64,000 nt of DNA from positions 19,158,001-19,222,000 of the forward strand of contig NC_087454.1 in NCBI RefSeq assembly GCF_036321535.1, written 5' to 3'. Positions 22,731-33,806 of the stretch are shown piece after piece. Under the pieces are notes generated by a model. That model saw only the letters and a list, made by a program, of their open reading frames with translations. It had not been told where the DNA came from and searched no databases. Each line of letters opens with the position of its first letter. Position 1 is the first letter of the stretch. The position numbers and the translations under genes are program-made. Origin of the DNA: Camelus dromedarius. Its lineage: Eukaryota.

Positions 22731-24327
22731 CACATATATAAATAAAGGAGTAACTAGATATATTACATGCACATCCCAGAAAAACTGAGAAATCCATTGG
22801 CTAAATTTCCTCTCAACATAATTTTCTGTCAATATGGAAGACTTTAGATAGTTCATTCTCAGCTTAGTCAGGAAGTGTTCATTTCCCTGGAATCAAGGTA
22901 TGTTGATGATTAAATGAGAAAATAAATGGTCTTTGACACATGGCAGACAAAAAGTTTTATTTTCTCCCACCATTCCACTATTTCTCCTTTCTGCTATAGG
23001 GTTACGAATAAAAATATAAGTCATGATTGGTGAGAAACACTTTATTCACTATTTGAATTGAGAGTAGGAAACATGTGAATTTTAGAAAGCCTATGCTGAA
23101 TGGCATTGCTGATCTGCTTACCATCCCCCATGAAGGATAAAAATACTCTTGTGTTCAGCCTTATTCTAAATTGTGGTTCTATTCCAATGAGAAACTTTAT
23201 AATTAGTTCTATTTAAAATAACACACCAATCTTGTATACCTTATATCCTCAGGCTCAATTTTCAAGCCACTTCGACTTTCATAATTAAAGATAATATCAG
23301 GCATGCTTTGATGAGTTCAAAGTCTCATGTACCTGGGTATGAGGGTCATAGTAATTATCTGCTTTGTCTTCTTCCCCTGTGACCTGATAATCTCTATTTT
23401 GGACCTTCTTAACCTTCAACTATTGACTCAGCTCAGTCTAAGTCTCAGACTTGTCCCATCCTTAGAGGAACCCAATTCAATAGTTCTACAGCCTGGATTT
23501 GTCAGTGCTTCTATTCCTAGTCTGGTATTTTATCCTGCTCACTTATCTTGTTCTAAGGGATTTGGTGGATTGATGAGCACTGAAGCCAGAATGCAGGGAG
23601 CTGGTATAGACTTTCTAAGAGACTTGGCTTTGAAGGGGTGCAAGGAAGTAGCATAGTAGCTTATTTAGAGGAGGGATATTTGAGCACATTTATAGGTAAA
23701 AAGGAATGATCTAGTTTTTTATTCTTGGCCATATGATGCATGAAATTGCCCTGAGATCACCAGTTGCTTTTATGCTAGATTTGGAGGGAAAAGAGCAGCT
23801 GAGACCAACTTGTGTGTCCAGCAGTGAGTATCTTCGTGGTAAACAATTATTGACAGGTTACTTTTCAGTCTCACTCAAAGGGTTTATCATTACCCTATCG
23901 ATTTGAATTTCTAAGTCTTCTGCCTCTTGTATCTTGATAATCCACATCTTTACAAGGTATATAATCTAAAGCTGGGATGTGATGATGGGAGACCAGAGAA
24001 CAGACAAGACAAAAAAGTCTGCATGAGGCAAATCAGGTGGGTAGGAATGAAAGTTTGGTATGTGTCCTAGTCATATTCCAGAATAAGCAAAGAGAGAGCC
24101 AGTTCCTGAACCCAATTTAAGCAACTTTAGCCACCTCATTCCACACAGTTGTCTACTGTGTTTTTTAAATCACTTCATGGGATTAGGGAACCTCTCAAAT
24201 ATAAAGGACACTAAACTTATACTAATGTAAGATAAGCACTGATCTATCATAGCTGCAAATATTGTCAAAGACAGACAACTAACTGTGGGACTGAAGCCTA
24301 GAACACGGGAGTTATGTTTATCTAGCG

Positions 24328-24531
24328 CCATGCTGTACAATATGGCAGTCTCTTGCCATATGTAGCAATTTCAAATTAATTCAAATTAAATAAAATTAAA
24401 AGTTCAGTTCCTCATTTGCACTAATCACATTGCAAATGTCCAATAGCCACATGTGGGAAATGGCTACCATACTGAAAAGCAAAAATATAGAACAATTCTA
24501 TCATTGCAGAAAGTTCTATTGGACAGTGCTG
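24328..24531 (-). mobile_element. MER3-like hAT-Charlie MITE with 8-bp TSD
   Basis: Ends ..gaaagttctattggacagtgctg. Flanks ATCTAGCG / ATCTAGCA match the 8-bp hAT target duplication. Confidence 0.8.
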
Positions 24532-25677
24532 ATCTAGCAATATCCTGGGTAAAGGGTGTCCTGCTAATTCAGAAGGGTGGGCATCCGATTATCATAACTA
24601 AAGTATAATATTTGTTAAGCCATCCAGTTTCCATTTCTCTGATTCTCTACTCACCAACTCTGAACTGCTACTTTCTCAAATTTCTGGTGTCTGGAAAGAA
24701 AATGAACTAACTGGAAAACAACAAATTTCATCTTGCTTGGCAATCACAATTCCCATTAAATTCATAAATTTGCTTTCTGATTTAACAATGAGTGCTGGAG
24801 AATATCTATTTGAGAGAAGGTCAGTTTGCTTACCCCCGAGTGAATCCAAACATTGGGAAGGTCTTGCTGGAGTGACAGAAAGTGACAAAATACAGAGCTG
24901 GAAGAGACATGAGAGACTACCACCCTCCATTCTCTGACTTCCTTCTCCTCACCCTGCTCACCTCAGCCAGGCTAGGTGTCCCCACTCTGTCCACACCTGC
25001 ACATACCTTTATCATAACCCTTACTATTTTATTATTCGTTTTTAAAGTGATCTATGCCATTAATTATAAACCAGCTAAGGGCAGAGACTTCTCTTTATTC
25101 ACCCCCAGTAACTAACAATGCCTGGCACACAGGAGGTTCTCAAAACTAAGCTTCTAATACAAATAAATTGGATGGTGCAAGTTAGACTTTTAGGGCCCGG
25201 TTAGCAGTTCCCTGATAAAGGTACGAATGGAAAATAAAAGACCATATAGTGACATACAGCAATCTCATCAAGCTAACCTTGAAGTTTGGGAGCAGGGGGA
25301 ATGGAAGAGGCAGATTAGAACAATTCCGAATTCACCATCATTGCTCAACCCAGGGCTTCCCAAGTGGGAAATCTAACATTTATGAAACATCTAATATATG
25401 CTAATGTTTCACAAAAATGAAATCCTCCCATAAATGTTATGAACTATGATTCCCACTTTACAGATTAGAAATAAGCATCAGAAAGGATAAGCAACTTGAA
25501 CAAACACAAGGCGACTAAAAATAGCCAAGCTAGTTTTAAAGTCCAGACCTATCTGACATTTCTGTATCAGACATAAATGGGAATAGTCACTGAACCTTGT
25601 GGAAGAAAACTAGCATTGAAAAAAAAAAAAGGTTCATTTAAGAGACATGGCTTCATCATAAAAGCACGGAAACTCCA

Positions 25678-26427
25678 CTAATCTTTTATTTTTCCTATTT
25701 GACTTCTCAAGAAGCGTGGCATAGTTAAGAATTTTCTTTGATATGGTTTGATATCTGTATTCTCTTCTTCTCTATTCTGAGGCTTTTCCATAAGAATATT
25801 CACTTTAATCCGACTGCTACTGCATGGCTGGAAAAGTGGATATGTAATAATGCTTTCAAACTCTTTTATCTCTTTCTTTCCTCTCTCAAGCTTCTCACGT
25901 GTAGGCGGCTGGCTCTGGGCTTTTCTCAAGACTTTTTCCTGGAGTTTTTTTCTACAAGTTCTCTGCCTCGAATCATGTGCTCCTGGTGATCTTTAATTTG
26001 CATCTGTTCCCTCTCATTTACCTGCCTTCTTCTCTGTGAGTTCTGGATGCCTTGCTTTTCTGGCACAATTTTGGGGAATTTTATTCCACTAGGGCGTTGT
26101 GGTAATGGCCTAAATTTTTTATTCTTAAACTCTCTGACCTGTCCTACTCAATGTATGTGCCTTTCTATGTGTTTCATTTCTCTCTCAGGTACCAAATAAT
26201 ACCGTTTTTGTCTCTCTGCGCTTTGGGTTGTTTCCCCCTCTAATCTCTTCTTGATTTCGTTGCCTGTCTCTTGTTCTTCCATCACTTCTTTTATTATAGT
26301 AAGACTCCGCTTTGGCAAGCCAGTAGTCAGGAGAAAGCGCTTGCTCCCTACAGAGTGCTTCCCGCTCCTCTTGATATTTTTGAATTATCAGTTGTCTTGC
26401 TGATGTTGTATGCATGCCACCTCAGTT
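25678..26427 (-). pseudogene. POLR1HASP: ZNRD1-AS1/POLR1HASP orthologue, last exon, disrupted
   Basis: Translated pieces ETTQS..YYLVPEREMKHIERHIH, NSQRRRQVNEREQMQIKDHQEHMIRGREL and KEIKEFESIITYPLFQPCSSSRIKVNILMEK..PYQRKFLTMPRFLRSQIGKIKD* closely match the recalled human putative ZNRD1-AS1 protein. Lesions: TGA 26422-26424, frameshift near 26286, TGA 26148-26150, and a 1-nt deficit in the A-run 25945-25951. Confidence 0.88.
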
Positions 26428-26822
26428 CTGCCAAAGTGAGGGACAGGATTTTATGATGTGACTGTCTTTTTACTTTGAACACATTTAAATAGGAGCTTAT
26501 CTTCATTATTGACACCAAGAAAGGACACATGATCTTTCATTTACTTTGGAGTAAGTAATAGTGATTTTGATTCCATCATTCCTAGGGGAGCCTGCGAGGC
26601 TCTGAAAGTAGGAGTACCCACTACCAAAATAACAGTTTTTGAAAAACATAGTGTTGGGAGTTTTAAAAATAATACTTTGCTTTGCAAGTAAAGATTTAGC
26701 TAGAAAACATCTGTCAGTGTGGACACACTACCAGAAGGTGTCACTTGGGCAAAAGGATTTTAAACCTAACTTTCCTTCTCCTAGTTGTCTCAAACTGTAT
26801 GATGTGAAGATAATTTATTTAC

Positions 26823-26898
26823 CAAGATTTTCTTCTCCAGTGGGGACTGCTGACCTGCAGCAATCCTGGGATCTTTAGATACTTTAGCCCAAGCCAAT
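26823..26898 (-). pseudogene. POLR1HASP: ZNRD1-AS1/POLR1HASP orthologue, 76-nt middle exon (LAWAKVSKDPRIAAGQQSPLEKKIL, open)
   Basis: tttttaatcttacag|A TTG GCT...ATC TTG|gtaaat. Phase 2 in, phase 0 out, consistent with both neighbouring exons. Confidence 0.75.
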
Positions 26899-27142
26899 CT
26901 GTAAGATTAAAAAGCAAAGGTAGATTAGAATGTGGGAGATACCAGAACAAATTTGATTACAGACTGACTGAACCAAAACACCCAATTGTTTTGGCCAAGG
27001 CCAAGGGTATGTCCCTCAAAAACAGAAAACCTGATAATAAGCAGGACTACAGCAGGGCCAGTCCCAATGGGAAACCACTGCATTCTTATGGTGAAGAATA
27101 ATAAATGCTCCTTTAATAAGAACATATAAATAAGAGCATATA

Positions 27143-27523
27143 CAGTCATCCCTCAGTGTCTGCAGACTACCCCCTAACATACCTTGGTTCCAGGATCACT
27201 TCCAGATACCAAAATTCATGCACTAGTCCCTTATATAAAATGACATAATAATTGCATATAACCTGGGCACAGACTCCTGTATAACTGAAATTATCTCTCA
27301 ATTAATTATAATACCTACCACAATGTAAAATTATGTTAATAGTTTGTAAATATAATGTAAATAGTTGTGAGTACAATGTGAATGCTATGTAAACAGTTGT
27401 CAGTGCATGGCAAATTCAAATTTTGCTTTTGGGAGACTTCTAGAATTTTGTTTTCCAAATATTTTCCACCCACAGTTGGTTGAATCCGTGGATGGAGAAC
27501 CCTCAGATACAGAGGGCCAACTT
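27143..27523 (+). mobile_element. MER2-like Tigger MITE in POLR1HASP intron
   Basis: Terminal inverted repeats CAGTCATCCCTCAGTGTCTG / CAGATACAGAGGGCCAACTT with TA flanks. Confidence 0.85.
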
Positions 27524-27552
27524 TAAGGCTTTCATATAAACTAAAAGCATAC

Positions 27553-27866
27553 TTCTCCTGTGAACTCAATGTGGACCATTCTGAGTCTTGTACCAGGGAC
27601 TGAGAGAGTGAAGAGACAGGCTCCTTGGAGATGCATTGCCCAAGCACATCTATGAGAGTATGCTGAGTCCCACAGCCTTCTTTGTCTCCTGAGATAATTC
27701 TCGACTTCAGTGTTATCAGTTCATCCCCCTTGTGCAGTTTCTTGAGCCGGGCCATCTCTGCCTCTATCAACACATATAGTATCTCTGCCCCATTATCTTT
27801 TGTTCTGAATTCTGTTCTTATTTGATCGCCCACCCCTCTGCTTGCCTGCCTTACTCTACCAATCAT
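27553..27866 (-). pseudogene. POLR1HASP: ZNRD1-AS1/POLR1HASP (Tctex4-type) orthologue, first coding exon (open, 104 codons + 2 nt)
   Basis: ATG 27866 lies 8 nt after a candidate acceptor (tttag|). Open frame MIGRVRQ...WSTLSSQEK. Phase-2 donor GAG AA|gtatgc fits the next exon. Confidence 0.65.
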
Positions 27867-28474
27867 CCTTCACCCTAAATCATTATGAGATCATTCCCCA
27901 TTGATATCCTGGGGATCAGAATTTGTAGTTACCCTAGGTTTATGTATAGGACAGGCTGATGGCAACACAAGTGGACTATCAACTTTTTGTGTGTCATCCC
28001 TGGTCTAAACTGAGTTTACTGTGAGGTCATAAATAAGCCACTAAGGATCTCTGGCATTTCATCTCTGTACTTTTGTTTATACTATTTATGGTTTGGAGCA
28101 TGGGCTTTGAAACCTAACAGGGCTATGCTTGAATCCTAATTCCACCACTTTCAAGGTGTGTGATTCAGGGCAAGTAACTTAATCTCTCTCTAAATCAGTT
28201 TCCTCAACTATAAAATGGAGATATAAGACAAAATTTCACCTCTTGGGGTTACAAAGAACAAATGAGATTACAGAGCCTGGCACAATGCTTGATAAAAGTT
28301 CTCAATAAATGTCAGTTGTCTATCCTCCACAGGTCACGCCCTTGCCTAGGAAGTCTTTCTAGTCTACTGTATGTAACACTGATTTCTGCCTTTCTATGAA
28401 CAGATTTTCTACTTCTGCAATTCATTTGAAAATTAGTCATAGTTTCCATTGTGATATCTGTATTCATATATCAC

Positions 28475-28604
28475 TTTTTTTCTTTTTCCAGGGGGAGGTA
28501 ATTACATTTATTAATTATTATTTTTAGAGAAGGTACTGGGGATTGAACCCAGGACCTCATGTATGCTAAGCATGCACTCTATCACTTGAACTATACCTGC
28601 CTCC
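28475..28604 (-). mobile_element. Vic-1-type SINE
   Basis: Same head and tail (GGGGGAGGTAATTA..) in reverse orientation. Confidence 0.88.
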
Positions 28605-30029
28605 AGATATCAATTTTAATGTTTTGATGTTGAAATTCAGACTCATAAAAGAGTGGAGGCTATCATTTTTTTTATCTACAAATACAATGGTCTATCTATA
28701 ATATCAGAAAGGATCTGATACCAAATATTGGCTCTCACTGACCTCAGGCACATTCTTAATTGCCTATGTATACCTATTTTGAGATTTTTAAAAATGTAAC
28801 CACCTTACTTTTATTTGTCCATACGTAGTATCTAGCACAGTACTTAACATTAGAGTCTGTAATCCCATGTTCTCAAAAGAAATTATTTCTTGATTAGTGA
28901 TTAATTATCCTTATCATCTATCTGAGCATCTTTCCCTCTTACATTCCTGTATCATTTTATTAAAACATTTACCAGTCTTCCTTGAAGTATACAGGCGTAT
29001 TTGTTTTATATGCCTATCTTGGGCACTCACATTTTGTCCTATAAGTGTATACTTTCATTGTATTCTAATTAGTCACTTGTACTCCTTAATGTCAGAGAAC
29101 ACAGTTATCAGCTTTGCAGCTCCAACTTCTGCTCAAAGACTGGCACTGGTGCTTAATAAATACTAACTGAGCAGACTGTGAGCTTTTGTTGGGTAGGGCC
29201 ATGACTTCTAATGCTGTGTTCCTTAACTACATTAGGACAATATTCAACTCTGGGTTGATCTGCATTGAATTTTGTCAAACTTTAAAGGGAAAGTTGGGGA
29301 GAAAAGATGGTAATTTTCAATTTCCGCTTTCAAAGGAGACAGACACAGAGAAGTGAGAACAAAAACTTGCCTACCATCGTGGGCTCAGCAAAAGACCTCC
29401 CTTTCTAAGACAGACAACTTATTATGGGGCTTGTCACTCTCCAGCAGATTGCTCAAGAGTTTTAACCCCCTCACTGTTTGTCTTTCCATTCTTGCAGAGA
29501 AGCAGATCAAAGCCTCTCTCAAGGATAGATCACAGGTCGTTTCCTTTAAAGGAGAAACTAGTGATGGCTCCAGAACTTTGTTATGTTAGGAGTTTAGCAC
29601 AGCTATCTGGTTTAGTGGGGGCTGGAAAGACTGGGAGAGAACTAGGAAACTCATCCAGAAGCTATCCCTTCAGAACAAGTTTCTATTTTAGATTGTAGGT
29701 TACAGATGAGTTAAAATAGCAAGGTTTCTAAAAAATACTTGTCCTCATGTTTTATAAAAGATAGGGAAATGTCAGCTGCCCACCTAATGGATGACGGTGA
29801 TGATTTAGAGTTGGGCAGATGGGAGGCAGGGGACAAGGTGGATGGGGATCCGTAATTAAAAGCCAAACTCTACAAGTCTTATTGAAAGCCTACCCAAGGC
29901 TGCTTCCTTGACTAATGCTATCCTCCCTCAACCCGCAGACATTTAAGGAGGAAAAAGTCCCAAACTCTTCTGTTCTGCCACTTCCAAAGTCCTGAGGCCC
30001 TTCCCAAGTGTCCTACATCATCATTTCGT

Positions 30030-30830
30030 TCCTAGAGACTAGGCATTCCTCGTCCGCCTTCACCCTCACCACTTCCTGCCCCGTAAGAAGTCGACTCACT
30101 GCCCTTCCAAGGGCCCAGAACAGCCCCCACAGTACGCGAGCCAGGCCGGACTCTGCAGAGAGCCCCGCGAGGCCCAAGGAGCGCTAGAACTGTAAATTCC
30201 ACAATGTTCCGCTTTGTTTTTAACCACTGTCCAGCAGCTAATAAATTCGCTAGTTAGTACGATTTTTCAGGAGAACTGCCCCCCGTGACTACGTCCCTGT
30301 AAAATCCGAGACCAATAAAATAAACATCCCAGGACTGAGTCCTGCGGGGAAACGTAACGGAAGACGTAGCTTCGATCACGTTTTTTTATCAGACGTCACA
30401 GAGCCAGGCTGAAGGTGGCGTTACAAACTCCCTTCAAAGAGGTTCCTCTCCCTCTCTACGGACCACGTCTGCGATTAGTTATGACGTCACAGCCAATCGT
30501 GAGCCCGGACGCACAGACGCTCTAGCCCGCCAGGCGCTCACTGCTCCATCGCCGCGCAGAACTGGCGCTCTAGGCCGCCGCGTTGGTTGGCCTCGTTCGC
30601 CTGCTCCAGGAAAGGCCCCGACTTGTGGTATTCGAGGCGGGCTGGGAATTCCGGACCTTTGGGTTCCTTGGCCGCACAGGCAAAAAGCATGCTTGGGAGG
30701 ATGGCTCCGGTTCTGTATGCTTAGGTCCAGGGACAGAATAGGAGTGACCCTTCAGTGGGGAGGGGGCTACTCTCTTTCTTTTGTTAATAAATTTCTCATC
30801 CCCTGCGTAGCCTTCGACCACCGGTCCGTC
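30030..30830. promoter_or_regulatory. CpG-island bidirectional promoter of POLR1H and POLR1HASP
   Basis: CpG-rich. Full CRE TGACGTCA 30482-30489, CCAAT 30493-30497, minus-strand donor GCA|GTGAGT at 30099 (candidate antisense exon 1), POLR1H acceptor gcgtag| at 30810. Confidence 0.8.
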
Positions 30831-30966
30831 ATGGAGCTCGCCGGCACCTGCTCCAGCTTTCAGTCAGACCTGGATTTCTGTCCGGATTGCGGCTCGGTCC
30901 TGCCTCTGCCCGGAGCTCAGGACACGGTTACCTGTACTCGCTGTGGCTTTTCCATCAACGTGCGAG
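30831..30966 (+). CDS. POLR1H: POLR1H (ZNRD1, RPA12) first coding exon, N-terminal zinc ribbon
   Basis: MELAGTCSSFQSDLDFCPDCGSVLPLPGAQDTVTCTRCGFSINVR, donor G|gtgagg. The four exons total 372 nt (123 aa). Confidence 0.97.
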
Positions 30967-31210
30967 GTGAGGCGCTTGTACGCAGCGGCCCCGGCCGAGG
31001 GCCCAGCATGGAAGGGCCAGAGCCTGGGGGACTTCACGATCGGTAGTACTGAAGAGGGGGACCCTAAAGCAGAGGATCAGGCACCTATACTTTTGGTCTT
31101 GGGACGACATCTGAAGGGAGCAATATAAAGCCTCCTGGTCTAATCCAGGGAGTCGTGGGTGCCAGACCCCCTCTGCTTGTCTCAGCAACCAATTCTTACT
31201 GCCTGCGCAG

Positions 31211-31311
31211 ACTTTGAGGGGAAGATGGTGAAGACTTCATTTGTGTTCCGCAAACTGGGAACAGCCATGCCTGTATCAATGGAGGAAGGACCTGAATTCC
31301 AAGGACCCGTG
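31211..31311 (+). CDS. POLR1H: POLR1H second coding exon
   Basis: DFEGKMVKTSFVFRKLGTAMPVSMEEGPEFQGPV. gcgcag|...|gtaagt. Confidence 0.96.
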
Positions 31312-31508
31312 GTAAGTGAATTACATCGAGGACTGGCCCCGTTAGGAGGGTGGGAAAGAAATGGAGAGGCGATTGCTGAGATCTGGAGAGTTTTGTACTC
31401 AATTCCAAGGGGAGGAGTGGGGGTCTTTAAAACAAGAGAGTCTGAGGAGTGTAATAACCTGATTATATGTGAGAAGTAGGGGGAATTATTAACCCAGTTG
31501 CTTCCCAG

Positions 31509-31618
31509 GTTGACAGGCGCTGCGCTCGATGTGGTCATGAGGGAATGGCTTACTACACCAGACAGATGCGCTCAGCGGATGAAGGGCAGACTGTCTTCTA
31601 CACCTGTACAAACTGCAA
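31509..31618 (+). CDS. POLR1H: POLR1H third coding exon, TFIIS-like C-terminal ribbon
   Basis: [37 protein letters not shown]. The RSADE acidic hairpin is intact. Confidence 0.97.
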
Positions 31619-31969
31619 GTGTGTATCCTTTCCCTTCTCTCTGCCCTTTCTCAGTCTGTTTGCTACCTGAACAAATCCAGCGATTTACTTTTTGTACTGC
31701 ATAAATCATTGTCTCCTTGGTCCCATCCCTCATTTCTGTACAGTTCAAGTTATAGGGAGATTTGTGGTCGTGGTTTTTTGTTTGTTTGTTTCTTGCCTTT
31801 TTTTACCCCCAAAGTTACACTTTTCTCTTTTCATACCTAGTCGTCTAAATCTTTTAGGATATTTAAAAGGAAATGAAAAAATACAGGAGGCAAGTGTTGT
31901 TCTTTGATCAGTACGTTACAGTGGAATCACCCACTACACTCAAGGTAGTTTTACTTGGATGAGAATTAG

Positions 31970-33400
31970 TCATGGATGATTTAAAGAACATGAGTTCTCA
32001 GAATAGTTTTAAGGACTCCTCTATTTTTTGGTGTTCTGCAGTTTCACTACAATATATCAAGATGTGGCTTTCTTTTATTTATCCTGTTTGGGATTTGTTG
32101 GGCTTTCTGAAAGTGAGGATTGATTTTTTTTTTTTTCCTATCAACCTTGGAAAATTATCAACCATTATCTCATTGAATATTGCCTTTCCCCCATGTTCTC
32201 AATTCCCACATTCTGGAGCTTTCATTAATTAGTTGTTTCTTAGATCTTATCTTCTACCCGCCATTTCTCTCACCCTGTCATATTCTCCATCTCCTTTCTT
32301 TTCATTGCTGCCTCTGGGTAAATTCTTCTGCTCTTTCTTTCAGGTCACTAATTCTGTCTTCATTTTACTTAAATTGTCGTTACTTAAAATTTTTTTCTTG
32401 AGTTCTACTTGATTATATTTCAAATCCCCTCAGATTTTTTTTAATAATTTGTAATTCTTCAATATTTTAAATTGTTCCTTTTATCCTTAAAATATGTATT
32501 ATACTTAAATACATTAAACATGATATATTGTGTCCGATAATATATCTGATAATTCTCATACCCACAGGTTTTGTGGGTCTGATGCTGCTGTCTGTTATTT
32601 CTGTTGACTCTTGCATGGTGCTTTTTTTTGTTTTGTGATTTTTGACTATAAGCTCAGACTTTTTTAGAATTTGAAATATGAGACTTCTTTGAGGCCTGGG
32701 GTGAAAGCTATATTCTCAGCATTTGTGTTTCCTGTTCAGGTGCCTTGAGGCACTACCAAGCCAGAATCATGTTAAATTAATTCTCAGCTTCATGTATTTT
32801 GGAGAACGTAGGTAGTAAGAATTTGGGCTGCAAATCTAATGTAAAGGCCAGCTTTTGGTTAGAAATTCTCAGGATAGATTTTTTTTCTCCCACCATCTAG
32901 TGAGACAGTCAAATTCCTCTTCTGCAGAATTGGATTTTTTTTTCCTTGTTCACTTTTATATAGAGGGGTAGCCTCTTGGGGGTCTCAAACTTATGCAGAG
33001 TATCTCCTGTCAGACATTGTTGATTTGTCTCTGGTTCCTCCATGGGGCTGTCAAAACAGCAAGGGCACCATGTAGCAGGGGCTTCAGTTTTAATTTCCCT
33101 GTCTAGATTCCTGGTTTTATATCATTTCACCCAGTGTGAAGATGGCCTTTACTTTCTTGCCATCTCATCAATGGATTAAAACTATAGTTATATCTTTTGA
33201 GAGTAGTTTTTCCCCATTTTGACCTATTTATTTTTACTTTTTTTTTTTAATGAGCAGCAGTTTTTAATTTTTATGAGGTCTGGTTTATCCTTTTTCTTTT
33301 ATGGCTAGTGCTTTCTGCTTCCTAGGAAACCTTGGCATACTTCATAATTCACAAGATATATTTTTTAATCCCAGCATCTTAAAGTTGTCTTGAATATGTG
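31970..33400 (-). mobile_element. Old L1M fragments in POLR1H intron
   Basis: T-rich antisense L1-like sequence (e.g. ggaaaattatcaaccattatctcattgaatattgcc). Confidence 0.55.
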
Positions 33401-33535
33401 GAGGGTTGTTAAGGGGAGCTAGTCCTCCACCATCATAAATGAAAGTCCTTCTTGGTATTAAATTGAGTGCCTCATCTTACACTGCTAGAACCTCTTCCTT
33501 TGTTCAAATATAACAAGTCTTTTCTTTCTTCATAG

Positions 33536-33560
33536 GTTCCAGGAGAAGGAAGACTCTTGA
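33536..33560 (+). CDS. POLR1H: POLR1H last exon (FQEKEDS*)
   Basis: cttcatag|G TTC CAG GAG AAG GAA GAC TCT TGA. Confidence 0.95.
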
Positions 33561-33800
33561 TTTTTTTCCTGAGCAACTCAACAATCCCTCCTTCTCCTTG
33601 GAAGGTGAAGGATATTGGGTTCTTAGGTCTTTGTCCACCTTCTGGTTGCACTGTTTTGCTCCCAGAGGAAAAGCATATTGTCATGTGGTGATTACCATTG
33701 TCCTCAGAGTACTCCTACCCTGGTTGAGTTTCCTTTTTAAAGTTTTATTTTTCTTTAGGAGCCAGACATATGTATGTTATTTATAACCTGTCTTATTCCA

Positions 33801-33806
33801 AATAAA
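33801..33806 (+). terminator. Candidate POLR1H polyadenylation signal
   Basis: AATAAA about 240 nt after the stop codon. Confidence 0.6.

Noticed and set aside
23290-23580. Protein-like minus-strand stretch (QNRDYQVTGEEDKADNYYDPHTQ|gta)
   Set aside because: Stops in all frames nearby and no identifiable family, so it cannot be supported.
27336-27552. C-terminal third of the 176-aa ORF (27336-27866)
   Set aside because: After the donor at 27552 the frame runs into a MER2 element. Only the first 104 codons are treated as exon.
29375-29490. Candidate additional POLR1HASP coding exon
   Set aside because: The phase-2 frame needed for its donor contains stops and would create TGA at the junction.
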